NCBI RefSeq assembly: GCF_964355755.1
Contig: NC_092680.1
Location: 7,750,001 to 7,814,000, forward strand
Direction: 5' to 3'
Length of the DNA: 64,000 nt
Origin: Antedon mediterranea
Taxonomy: Eukaryota > Animalia > Echinodermata
The position numbers and the translations under genes are program-made. Under the pieces are notes generated by a model that was not told where the DNA came from, did no database searches, and worked only from the letters and a program-made list of their open reading frames with translations. Each line of letters begins with the position of its first letter. The stretch's first letter is position 1. Below are positions 40,001-50,326 of this stretch, one piece after another.

Positions 40001-42606
40001 ATAATATGCGCATGTTCAATGTCACGTGATTGTATTATTTTTCTATCCCTTTAGAATTAGATACTATTAGATAAGATTCATTCCTATATTTCCTCTTGCA
40101 TGATTAATGTCGTTTAGTAGTTAGTTACGTTTGAATCCTTTGCCTTTTTAACTTCACAGTTTTGCAACTTGCTTGCGATATATTTTGAATTAAGATAGCT
40201 AATTTTATTTATATCAACCTTTTAGAAAGCCTGCCCTCACGCCCCTTTAACACGAATTTGCGTTCTTAATAGTCCTGTTCGCATACTTAAACCTACTCCT
40301 TACAAACTATTCGTTCCAAAGCCGGTATAAATCAATTTATTTAACATCATTTCATGTCTTTGGCTCTCACAATGTGACTTAAGTTCAACCCTGTGCTATG
40401 ATATATTCTTCATCTCTTGGGGAACGTGTGTTGACAGTGTCTCTCATTAATAAAACGTTGCAGAGGGGGTGCAATGATGCATACACCCATGGACTTTCAA
40501 TTTGCAATATCTGAGGCGTTCCTTTGCAAGTTTCCTTCACGGAACGATAATCAAATCACAAATCAGCAATTTCAGGTTGCAGTATATATTCAATCATGTA
40601 CAGTGTTCAAATAAACAATATTTCATTATTATATTATTCTCATACGTTTGTCAAAAGAAAATATTTATGTGAATTATCAGCGTCAAACTATTTGTTTATT
40701 TTGTATTTATATATTGTTTTGTTTGCTGCTTTAAAGTAAAATAGGACTAACATATGTATGGTCAACGTCATTATCATGTATGTATCATGTAATATAGAGA
40801 TGAAATACTATATGTATATTCACATGTACTTTGAATATACCAGAATACATTGTGTGTGAAGTTGCATAGTTCTCATCTATAATGGTATCACGTTTACATT
40901 ACTGGTATAACGTACGGTAATAATATGATTCAAATGTTGTAAATAGAACAGACATTAGATTTCCATCATAGACAGCTAATATACTGTTTAACGTTTAGTA
41001 TTTTGTACAAAATAGTACAATACAAAAAATATCTATGTCTGTACTTGTTTATTTATGACGTCATCCGTCTTTAATGTTGTCGCTGTTGTACGATGATGAG
41101 TGTTTCCGTATTGTTGTGTGTAGCGCAAACTCTCTCTCGTAATCCCGACCTAGTTGGCATGTGTATTTGTCTGTGTAAAAAAAATATCAACATAGAAGTT
41201 GTTGTCGGTATAGATGTAAACACACGTATGTCCAGGATCAGCCTCCCTACATCATTCTATTCTCCACTTTTGATCACATTTTAACTGATTACACTGTATG
41301 AAATCAGTTAATGATATAGTATTCGCATAATAAAAGCTCACATCTTCTTCCTACCAAATAATAGTATGTCCTATCACTATCTTCATGATTTCATAATCCA
41401 CTAAAAGTTTTCATTTTTTAGAATTAATATGCATTTCCCATCTTTCATCAGATTATCAAGAAATCATCAGCATGAGATTGCTACTAAAATACGCTTCTTT
41501 TTCATCATTATTGCTTATAATTTGTATTTACATTATACCCTATATGATTGAAATACGAAATAATGACAAATAACGAAATCATTAACATCGAATAACTACT
41601 TGTATTCGATGTTTTTATTTTGGTATGGCCTATAATCTAATTGTGAGTGGCGTTTTCAAATGTATCAAATATTCTACCAAAGATATATAATTTCTATCTG
41701 CTAAATGCCAATTTTACGTAACAAAATACAATTTTAAACATTATGTATAATATTTATGTAAATTAATGATACTGTTTTGAAACCGTCACATCCTCTAAAT
41801 GAAAATTCCACCACCAAAGCATGCTAGATTTTGAAACTAAGATTAGCCTAAATTTTAATTAAACTAATTTCATCTACATATAATTTCATTTTAATACCTT
41901 AAGACTCTTACATTAGACAGATGCTCGCATAATTTTATAGTGAATAGAACGAAATATATAATTTACTAATTAAATTGGAAGTGTAATTAGGTGACTTTTT
42001 TGTTTTTAAATGTAAAATAACCCTTTCTATAATTATAATACTAAAAACCAGCACTTTTAGTGTTTTCTAATGGTTCTACTCTTTCAGACTCAAAATATGA
42101 TATTTGAAATGGTGGCCGATATGCATAGTTGTCGAAAGGATCTTGAGACAAGGGTAGCGAAGGTTGAAGATAAACTTGAACATATACAATCCACATTTGA
42201 CACTGTAGCGTCATATGTGCGACTTGTCCAACAGCGTACAGATTTATTCAAAGTAGAACAACAACCCGAAGACGCTTCACCCGAGAGTCGCCAATCCTAT
42301 CAAGATTTACCGGATAGAACTAATCTACAAGTAAACTCATCCCCGTCTCAAGAGAGAGTAACCGAAAATATGAATCCTTGGTTGCCACAAGATTTGGCTA
42401 GATCAGGAAGTGTAAGTGATAACGGTCATACTAGTAGTGGGCTAACGTCCAGAAGGACATCGTTGAGTCGCTCTAGACCGTCCATTACAATTCCAAGACT
42501 GCCAAGATCCATGTCACATCCACGGAATTCAAGGCCTGGAAGTGAGTCTTTAGAAGGCATGGACGGATCTGTTCCAAACCCGAACGTTACCTGCGCACCT
42601 CTATGA
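13423..42606 (+). CDS. KCNN: Small-conductance calcium-activated potassium channel (SK/KCNN family), multi-exon, 5'-partial
   Basis: Seven GT-AG exons with compatible phases: 13423-13518, 27594-28012, 30650-30785, 32658-32768, 36093-36220, 37131-37200, 42088-42606 (TGA). The spliced protein contains the SK motifs [32 protein letters not shown], pore [20 protein letters not shown] and the calmodulin-binding domain [11 protein letters not shown]...RKHQRKFL. Confidence 0.96.
13540..13880. repeat. Imperfect ~100-bp tandem repeat
   Basis: Three to four copies containing ATTGCGT(T/G)TAC(T/G)TA(A/G)AATGTTAACGC just downstream of the first KCNN exon seen. Confidence 0.6.
14177..15252 (+). repeat. 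Compound (ATC/ATT/ATCA)n tract interrupted by a LINE 3' remnant
   Basis: Seen directly; the interruption spans about 14895-15060. Confidence 0.9.
14895..15060 (+). mobile_element. 5'-truncated LINE 3' end (CR1/L2-group ORF2 C-terminus)
   Basis: Translates as ...[19 protein letters not shown], the typical WNxLP C-terminal motif; followed by AATAAA and a short tandem tail (AAATGTTTACTT)x2. Confidence 0.6.
16261..16310. repeat. (TA)n microsatellite
   Basis: Seen directly. Confidence 0.95.
16321..16885. mobile_element. Cluster of three tRNA-derived SINE-like copies (two on -, one on +) forming an inverted repeat
   Basis: Minus strand 16492-16416 reads AAGCCCCAGTGGTCTAATGGTTAGG...GGTTCGAGTTCGAGTCTCGG (A and B boxes); plus-strand copy starts near 16722; partial copy at 16520-16618. 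The body TTCTCATTCTCACAGATTTCCTCATCTTTATCG recurs at 58600-58655. Confidence 0.75.
17154..17230. repeat. Inverted repeat, probable MITE core
   Basis: GCAAGTGAGTTGACCAATCAC ... GTGATTGGTCAAATTACTTGC. Confidence 0.6.
18443..18572. mobile_element. MITE family C
   Basis: TIR AGCTCTGTCTACAC...GTGTAGACAGAGCT; five related copies in the window. Confidence 0.8.
22147..22304. mobile_element. MITE family A, copy 2
   Basis: GGCCAATTTACACAGAC...GTCTGTGTAAAAAGGCC with TAA and TTA flanks. Confidence 0.8.
22841..22983 (+). repeat. (ATC)n microsatellite
   Basis: Seen directly. Confidence 0.9.
24412..24557. mobile_element. MITE family C
   Basis: GGCTCTGTCTACACTATCAAAC...ATAGTGCAAACAGAGCT. Confidence 0.78.
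27594..28012 (+). CDS. KCNN: KCNN exon (S3-S5)
   Basis: ctgcAG acceptor and GTGAGT donor, 419 nt; [15 protein letters not shown]...ASWILRVCE. Confidence 0.96.
28418..29627. mobile_element. Tc1/mariner-like MITE (family D) containing an internal tandem array
   Basis: TA|CAGTAGAACCCCT ... AGGGGTTCTACTG|TA: perfect 13-bp TIR and TA duplication enclosing the array. Confidence 0.85.
28454..29604. repeat. Minisatellite, about 13 copies of an 87-bp unit
   Basis: Unit CCCCTTAATAGAGGTGTCGTAAGTATATATTAAGTACTATATTAT(A/T)TTCCCTTGTCTGTTTCACGAGAAGGTGGTCCTTAAAGGTAT; starts at 28454, 28541, 28628 and onward. Confidence 0.97.
29716..30400 (+). repeat. ~26-bp ATC-derived minisatellite
   Basis: Unit approximately CATTGT(G/A)ACTTGATCATTATTATCAT, roughly 20 copies. 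Confidence 0.9.
30650..30785 (+). CDS. KCNN: KCNN exon (pore helix, GYG filter, start of S6)
   Basis: aacAG acceptor and GTAAGC donor, 136 nt; [45 protein letters not shown]. Confidence 0.96.
31956..32152. mobile_element. MITE family B (PIF/Harbinger-like), copy 1
   Basis: TAA|GGCGTGGTTCCCACTAG...CTAGTGGGACCACGCT|TAA. Confidence 0.88.
32658..32768 (+). CDS. KCNN: KCNN exon (S6 to proximal C-terminus)
   Basis: ctcAG acceptor and GTGAGT donor, 111 nt; [37 protein letters not shown]. Not in the ORF track; read by hand. Confidence 0.95.
33093..33458. mobile_element. PIF/Harbinger-like MITE with ~35-bp TIRs, right tip clipped by (CATT)n
   Basis: TAA|GGCCAATATACACTAGGGCGATAACGATCGACGATAAATA ... 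TATTTATCGTCGATCGTTATCGTTCTAGTGTAAATT, with nested inner inverted repeats. Confidence 0.75.
35110..35388 (-). mobile_element. tRNA-derived SINE (Deu/Nin-domain-like core) with a tandemly multiplied head
   Basis: Core TCTCAGATAAGGAC...GTGCACTTCAAAGAACCC...GAGTAGGGGGTTACCCCGGTG is shared with the copies at 49559, 51026 and 58203; about five 23-bp head repeats. A weaker relative lies at 33800-33870. Confidence 0.75.
36093..36220 (+). CDS. KCNN: KCNN exon (calmodulin-binding domain)
   Basis: ttcAG acceptor and GTGAGT donor, 128 nt; [42 protein letters not shown]. Confidence 0.95.
36517..37033 (+). repeat. (ATC/ACC/ACT)n triplet tract
   Basis: Seen directly; source of the poly-His, poly-Ile and poly-Met ORFs. 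Confidence 0.97.
37131..37200 (+). CDS. KCNN: KCNN exon (end of calmodulin-binding domain)
   Basis: aatAG acceptor and GTTAGT donor, 70 nt; [23 protein letters not shown]. Confidence 0.93.
37693..37849. mobile_element. MITE family C
   Basis: AGCTATGTCTAC.TATCAAAC...GTTTGATAGTGTAGACAGA. Confidence 0.75.
42088..42606 (+). CDS. KCNN: KCNN terminal coding exon (coiled coil plus Ser/Arg-rich tail)
   Basis: ttcAG acceptor, phase 0; [12 protein letters not shown]...[12 protein letters not shown] matches the SK coiled coil; frame open to TGA at 42604-42606. Confidence 0.9.
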   Translation, partial: TQNMIFEMVADMHSCRKDLETRVAKVEDKLEHIQSTFDTVASYVRLVQQRTDLFKVEQQPEDASPESRQSYQDLPDRTNLQVNSSPSQERVTENMNPWLPQDLARSGSVSDNGHTSSGLTSRRTSLSRSRPSITIPRLPRSMSHPRNSRPGSESLEGMDGSVPNPNVTCAPL

Positions 42607-43258
42607 TTATATTATTGTGCAACGAATTCCTTTCTATGCTAATTAAATCAAATCAATTGTTACACTAATGCAATAGTATAAATAGTTGGAAATGGTGAAC
42701 CAACAAGGTATATAAGAAATATAAATAACAACTTAATAAGATTACCCTCAATATAATTGAAAATAAATAATTATTATTATATATGTTGCAGGCTAAATGG
42801 AGTGTTAATATATGTTTTCCTAGAGGAGACATTTACTTTTAGGGAAATGTTGATAGAATAAACCATCTTAACCCAAAGAATGATCAGTATAATATAAACA
42901 TTTTTTTATACCTCAATCATGGTAAAAATAGTAATAATAATGATGAAAGCTTAGATATAATATTTAAAATATTAATTGTTTAAGTTGCTAATGTTTCTCA
43001 TATAACATGTATTTATACGCTATGTTTTAATAATGTGATGTATTATTTCACGTTAATTATGTACGGTATACCATATATTGCCACCATCAATTGCCCTATA
43101 GATACGCTGGTTGTATGATAATTGACACGCAGTGCATTTACAATGTTTTTTTATCTAATACCCGATTCAAACGTTCGCAAACCTTACAAAATGTAAACAA
43201 AAAGTGTTACATTCGGACGAAAGTGTGAAAGCGTGTTACATCGATGTAAAATCTGTAA

Positions 43259-43477
43259 AGCGTGGTTCCCACTAGAACGCAACGCAACGTAACGCAGCGA
43301 CGTATCGACGCAAGGTGCTGTATTGTGTAATCACAAGTGTGAACCGACAACGGAACAGTGCTGTAAAGTTGATTGCAGGTTTGATTTCACGCAGGCGGGA
43401 GCAAACACAATTATCTGAAGGCATTTTCTTACGTTGCGTAGGTTGCATTACGTTGCGTCGCTAGTGGGAACCACGCT
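43259..43477. mobile_element. MITE family B, copy 2 (opposite orientation, downstream of the KCNN stop)
   Basis: TAA|AGCGTGGTTCCCACTAG...CTAGTGGGAACCACGCT|TAA: perfect 17-bp TIR. Confidence 0.9.
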
Positions 43478-45128
43478 TAATCATTGCAGACCTCAGCGAG
43501 TTGGAATCGGGTATAAGGACTATGACATACAATAGCTGTATCAGTCTCACTTGAAAATTACTGGAAAACGGTTCTTAATTATTAGGCCAAATGGTGTCAA
43601 TTACTATATACAAATATTTAGTTCATTTGCTTATTTTGATATTGTTTTGTATATTGCAATATCTTTATACTATTAAAACTGTTCTTTTGTTGACAATGTC
43701 AAAACGTGGCTTTAGATTCAAGAATGATCTTATTTTTACCGAATTTATTTTATTATTGAAAATGAATGAATTTAATAAATAGTATCTATTGTAATACATT
43801 TTTTTCTCTATCAATATTAGTAATAGTATAATTATGTAACCTATGCACAAACTGTTCTTAATAATATTGTATAACTCGGTGTAATTATAGGAAGAATTAT
43901 TATTCAATATTATTATTATACACAATAACTACAAAATATGAATATGGCATATTTATACAATAGGCCTCGTAATACTTCTGATCAGAGGAGCATTCGTTTG
44001 TACACATCCAATAATGTTGTGTATAATATCAAGTTATTTGTAATTAGTGAGATACTTGACTGTTTCTTTTTAGTGTGTTTTATATTTATATCCCTTGTGT
44101 CTTTTAATCATACATTAAGATCGCAATAATTTCTATGTTGTAGTTGATAATAAGGTGTGTACTATGAGGTCTTATCTCATTTGATTATCTTCAGTTTCAT
44201 TCCAGTCTCCTTTTAAAACAAACTCTTAATCGGAATTATTGCGTTTCTAATATTATAAGGCGTTTGTAACGCATGCATTGCGTTAATTTAATGTCAGAAA
44301 TAATGTATGCGCTTCTGATTAACACAATTCATGCCCATCTAAATACAGTTTTTATACTCATGTTTTAGTTTATGTGTAAATATTTTAAATATTTATTTCA
44401 TTATTGTCTTCTTCAATTTGGTAATAACGAATTTTTATCTCTCTTTAAAATGTTTCGTTGAATGGTAATGATAATAATTATTAATAATATAAAAAAATAA
44501 TTTAAAGGCAATGCTTCCCTTAAAATAGCTGTAAGGTAATAACTTCTTTCATTTTAAAGATATTTTTGTTTAGACATGGTATTTAGCTGTGCCTTACAGA
44601 AGCAATCATAGAATAGATAGGCCAGTTGAATTACTCAGTTTTATTCCGTATTGGTTGTGAATGCTGACAAAGGTAAATCGTCATTTACAATATACGTAGA
44701 ATCAAGTTATAAACTATTCAATATCAGCACAAAATTAGTTACAAATACAGCATACGATTCCGGTACGTGTAAATATATTATATGTTCCGGTTATAATACT
44801 AATAATACGTGTAAACTGTACATACATATTTATATCCTGTTTGTAAAAAGTTAGATAAATAAATTAAACACACATTATTGTATATAATTATTTACAAATT
44901 TAATCTTCTCAAATAAAGTCAACGACGTTTCAAATCCTGATTCGCAGCGGACTCATAGTTAATTATAATATATAGATTACTATACATTCATAGTTAAATT
45001 TACATAAAACAAATATGACGATTTATTACTACAGTATAACACAATGGGAAGTGTAGCATTTTTTTTGGTCCATGGTTTAAAATTACCGATACCATTACCT
45101 CCAAAAGCCGATACTCTAACGCGTTCTA

Positions 45129-45204
45129 AACTACACTCTTGTTCCGTTTCACGGATCGGAAGACGTCTTCCGTTCCGTGACACAGAAACATTGTGAATGT
45201 AGCT
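45129..45204. repeat. Short palindromic element
   Basis: Core TCACGGATCGGAAGAC|GTCTTCCGTTCCGTGA (one mismatch) with weaker outer arms. Confidence 0.6.
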
Positions 45205-48005
45205 GTATGTACAGTATTCTTATTTAATTTGAATACAATTTGAATATTTTAGAAGTAGTGGTAAAGTTTTTTCTAACAAATTGTATATTACTTTTCAACG
45301 TGCCTCACTCTATTCAAGTGTCTTATTATCCAACTGTCTCAATTCACGATATACATGGAATTTACCTGTAGTCATAAAAACACTGAATTCAAGTGAACTC
45401 TTATTACATCTTATACAAAAGTACATAATAATATCCATTCAATACCAAACAATCGTGCAGCAAATAAGTAAGTTGTAAGTACGTAGTTATAATATAAAAC
45501 ACATTTAAAACATTAATGAGATCCAAAGTTTGCATCAGCCAATTTGTGTTTGTTGAGATATTTTATTAGAGGAAAATGTCGTGTTTTCAAAAGGCACTAA
45601 ACATATTAATTGTCTGTACTGCTAACACGTTTCTAAAGTACTGTCTATCTGTTCGTAATTTGCGCATACATACATATAGGCCTATTCGACAATTTTAAAA
45701 GTAGTTATACAGAATATACGTTGTATTGCACACATGATACCAGGGCCTTTCCTTTTAACGCTTAAAACAACCAAAATTTAACCAACAACATACAGTAGTC
45801 CTTTTAAATGTTTGGATGTTTCATAAGTAATACATTTTTTAAAACAAAGCATCATAATTAAACTTTATTAAAATTACAATATTACGCGTTTCATATTTGC
45901 TCTATAGTATGTTCTCTTACACTAAATACTGCTATATATTTAAATTTCTTGTTATCTTGGTATCATCTAATTAATGATAACAATACATTGTATTTTAACA
46001 GTTTTTAATTCTATTCAACTTTTATTCGCAGATACATTTATAATAATATAAACAATGTGTATAATTTCACCTTTCTCAATCATTATTACAAACTTGTATT
46101 ATTCCTTTTTTTTTCATGAGAATGTGGTGGTTATGATTCCTGATCATATTAGATTGGTATATCATAAAGGTACAAATACATAATATGTTTGAATAATAAT
46201 ATGTCTGTTTAATGCTGATAGAAATGGTTGTTCAATGAAACATTAATTGTTGAAGATATGGAACAGAAAATAAGATTAATCGGGTAAGAATGAAATTGTA
46301 ATTTCACTCTTCCCTGGATTAACATGGTATATTTAAGTTCGTCAGATTGCGATATGCATTGAAACATTTAGAATGGCTTAAACAGGTAATAGGAAGGTTT
46401 AAAAGGAATCGAAGCCAGTAGACGAGAAAATGAAATTCGAAAACAAATGAGAGATAGCGGTAGACCTATAAAAACTGTTTATGTCACAATGTCGTTAATT
46501 GATGTTATATTGATAGGGTTACCTGGCAATTGAGTGAGGTAGGCCACTTTATTGAAACGTTTAACCTATGCATCTAATAATAATATACTCAATATTTTTG
46601 TTTTTATTTTTTTTCCCCGTGAGGTTTGAATATAATTATGTTGTGCAAGTTATTCCTGTAAGACAAACAAATCAATATATAAAAAGTATCTTAAAAAAAT
46701 ACTATAATTTAGAAAAAAAAACATATTTGTCTGAAAGTCTCCCAGATATGAATTACATCCGATAATTCATATCCCATATCGAACAATATAACTTGTTTCT
46801 TGTACGTTGATAATATAATAATTTACATTTTGTACCTAACGTTTAATTACCATTGCCATACAGGTGACCACCTATTTAAAATTAGCACAATGTTACAAAT
46901 TATGTATTTTTGGTTTGGGTCATTTGTGTCTAATATATTTACGAGACAGTGTAAAATAAGACTGCTCCTACTTATCAATATTCTAAAAATACATAGTATA
47001 CTCATACCAGTTACGGAAACATTACGTTGAAAGTTAGGTCATAACAAAATACAACTTGGGGTTAACAGTTATAAAATCATACAGAAAGTTATCGCGTATT
47101 TGTATTATTTTTATTAACCTTTTTCTGTAACGTGAAGTTGTCTTTATTATATTTGATTTATTTGAGTGATTATGTATATATATATATATATATATAAATT
47201 ATGTATATACATATTATGTTTATTCATTACTGTTCCTTTTGTAGATATTACAGGCCGTATTACGGTGCTCTGGATAACATTATATTTGCAATGCAACTGT
47301 TGTTAATACATACGTATGTAAAGTGCTTGGCTTGCATGCCTTTTAATACATAAGACTATTTTTGGATACATAAACATGAAAATGTTTGTCTATTGTATTT
47401 GTTTTTGTCGTCTCAAAATATGAAAGAAAATGACCGATTATGACAAAGTGTTGACGAAACTGCTAATGACATTTTTATTTATAGTTAGACATCTTATCTT
47501 TATGACAGACTCGTCATTACATAACGGCTAGTTATACCAAGAGGACAGTTAGTTTGGTTAGTTACACGCCTGTGGTTGTTTGCATTGCTTATACTAGCCA
47601 GGCAATCCAGTCTCAAAATTTACAATGCATCCCATTACTTTTCCAATAACTGCATGTTGTTTATAATAACTCCAAGTTGCCTATTGTAATAGTCACTGAA
47701 CTGAACTTTAGTTATCGCCAGATGCTATTATGCAAAGTGTTATGCAAATAGGACTCATGCTTAAGCAGTGATTGGTACACTTGTGTTGCTTGTTGTGACA
47801 CAACCACGACATGTCGGACCTAGCTGAGTGTGGTTTATTATTTGCCCGTTCGTGCATAGTTATTTACCCGGGTGGCTTCATGGACCAATCATCGCTAACC
47901 TTGGTGGTAAATAACAACCATGAACGGAGCAGAATGGTCCGTAGAAACCCGTGATGTAATTGCATTAGAAGGATACACACATATCTTTGGTAAGCACTTC
48001 GTGTT

Positions 48006-48548
48006 TTATTACCTCCGCCAAGGAGGTTATATTTTCACCCCTGTATGTGTGGGTGTTTGTGTATGTGGGTGAACAGCCTGGAGGCCACAGTTTTTAGCCG
48101 ATTCTCACCAAATTTGGTCACAATGATCTATGCCCCAAAAGCTTGGACGAGTTCGAATTTGAGGGGAAAAGGTCATAGGTCAAGGTCACAACTAACAAAA
48201 AATATTTTACAGCCAAGCGACCACAGTTTTTATCCGATTCTCACCAAACTCAGCCACAATGATCAATGACTCATCATATAATTGTGGTTAAATTTTGAAG
48301 GGTCAAGGTCAAAGATCAAGGTCCACAAAAAAAATAATTTAAAAAAACACCTCAGCAGGACTTGAACCAGCGATCTCAACTGTGAGAGGCTGGATACATA
48401 ACCATTACACAAAACGCTCATCCACAACTTTGTAGTGTGCAGTTAGCCCATTTACACTTAGAACTAATAAAAAAAATATATAAAAATTGTTTATGTAGGG
48501 GAATTTTACAGTAGGTGGAGGTTTGTACTCTCGGAGTACCCTCTAGTT
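48006..48548 (+). mobile_element. Non-autonomous Helentron/HINE (DINE-1-like) element
   Basis: 5' subterminal ACCTCCGCC (48011), GT-rich microsatellite, internal repeats (AGGTCAAGGTCA, CCGATTCTCACCAAA), 3' subterminal GGTGGAGGT (48514), stem-loop GTACTC-TCG-GAGTAC, end CTAGTT, T-rich flanks. Confidence 0.75.
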
Positions 48549-48789
48549 ATATATATATATATAATTAAACTATTCTTTGTTTGTATCAAGAGAGTCCAGA
48601 TCTTTACTGAAAAGGGCTGCATGCGATATGGTGTTGCAAGGCATTTTACATAACATAAACAAATCCGTATTCATAACTAACCCAGATTATAACTCACTCA
48701 CCTTTAACACACAAAGCAATATTCATATGTATGATAAACATAATGAAGCAAAAGACGTAGGCTGGTTGCTGTCTGGGAGGGTGCGAGAA

Positions 48790-49095
48790 TTGTAAATGTG
48801 GAACAGTCTCCAGTACCTCAGCCGGACAATTTTAAAGAATATAGCTACCCCGGAAATTGGATTATTCATTGGAATATATCACGAAATATATAAATCTCCA
48901 GGACCAACCCTACCACGGTGAGTCCGAGCCACAAATTAATAATTTTAATATTTGTACAATTCATAACAAAATTACAATAATCACCTACGACAATTATGGT
49001 ATTCAGATACGACTTTTAGGTGGGTTTTGCAATTCTTACGTCATAAATGATATTTCTCTTTGGATGAATACAATTAATGAAATTAAATGAATTGA
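48790..49095 (+). mobile_element. Possible CR1-like LINE 3' remnant
   Basis: AGAATTGTAAATG-TGGAACAGTCTCC reads as frameshifted RIVN.WNSLP; (AATGAATT)-like tail near 49070-49095. Confidence 0.4.
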
Positions 49096-49460
49096 AATGT
49101 TGCATACATAATCACTATATCTATTTACAGTAATCACTATCTAATACAGGGAATTCATTTTGCTACCCGCAGCCTGTTGCCATCCTTCAGTCACATCAAA
49201 AGTGCACACATTAACTTCAAATCGGGTTTGGGTTCATTTCAGCCGATTAGGGCTGAGGTGGTGGAGACTTCATCTCAGATTAATATTTCGATCTTTTAAT
49301 ACAGTTGAACGTGGTTGGTACATCAAAGGCTCAACTTTATCCAAATTCGAACCCCTCCATAAAAATTCTGCCTAAGGATATCTGATATTATTGAGCTACC
49401 GTGGTTCTCTATGGTTTTCGATAGACTTGTCTTTACATAACATTATGTGTGGCGTGTAGC

Positions 49461-49536
49461 ATGATGGGATACAACATGTCTACACTTGTTTCTGTTTGCA
49501 TTTATGTTTTGCTTTGCTTGTATACAAGCACAGATG
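49461..49536 (+). pseudogene. 5' remnant (signal-peptide region) of the LigB/Memo-like gene, duplication unit 1
   Basis: Near-identical to 57032-57109 (GGGATACAACATGTCT...GCTTTGCTTGTATACAAGCACAGATG) with a 2-nt deletion; homology stops at a (TCTG)n run followed by a SINE. Confidence 0.85.
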
Positions 49537-49558
49537 TCTGTCTGTCTGTCTACGTACT

Positions 49559-49935
49559 GTCGAGTTGAGTGGCCATCGGTTATGACAGGGGCGCCAAAAA
49601 CTGTAGCTAAAATCAGCACGGGTTAATCACTAGCCTACTCGACCATTGTTCGAGCAGAATTGTTCTGGTGGTATAGGTCTTCTCGGATAAGGACTTAAAT
49701 ATATGGAGGTCTAGTGTACACATCTGGCTCATGTGCACTCTAAAGAACCCAGTTCATCTTTCGGAAAAGTAGGGGCGGGTAACCCAGGTTTACTGGTACA
49801 TTCAGCCATGTCGAAGATGGGCCTTTTGGGAGAAAAATTATTTTTGTGTATGCCGTCCACACCTGTGTGCAATTCAGCCCATTTAGGCTGCAAGTCACAG
49901 GTTATTCCTCCACATTTAGATTTATTCCACATTTA
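49559..49935 (+). mobile_element. tRNA-derived SINE (Deu/Nin-domain-like core) at the unit 1 deletion junction
   Basis: GTCGAGTTGAGTGGCC head; core TCTTCTCGGATAAGGAC...GTGCACTCTAAAGAACCCAG. The 3' boundary is approximate. Confidence 0.7.
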
Positions 49936-50208
49936 AGATTCTTCTTTTGTTGATATAGCAAGTAGACAGTAGTGAGTAAATAGTAGAGAGCACTCTATAA
50001 AAAACGTGCTACGATTGGTGTGTACTGCATAATAAATGTGAACTGAAGGCAGAGGCGGCGTTCCATAGGTAAATGGTATCTTGGATTTTACAAGGAGGCG
50101 TGTGTTCCAAATAAGCGAGGATTTGATTCATTTTTTGGTTAGTAGCTAGTTTAGCCCTTGACGGACGACGAAATGAACGCAATTTGATGGTAGCTTGACA
50201 CGAGTAAA

Positions 50209-50326
50209 AGCGACTTTCCACTAGGCGAAATTGTTCGCGCGAATCGAAATCGTCAGCTTCTTATACACATGTGTAAAGTATAGAGATGCGATTCGCGCGA
50301 GCAAATTCGCCTAGTGGAAATCGGCT
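50209..50326. mobile_element. Palindromic MITE in intron 2 of the ARSB pseudogene
   Basis: TTTCCACTAGGCGAA.TTG.TCGCGCGAATCG ... CGATTCGCGCGAGCAAATTCGCCTAGTGGAAA, TAA flank; absent from the paralogous site near 61340. Confidence 0.8.
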
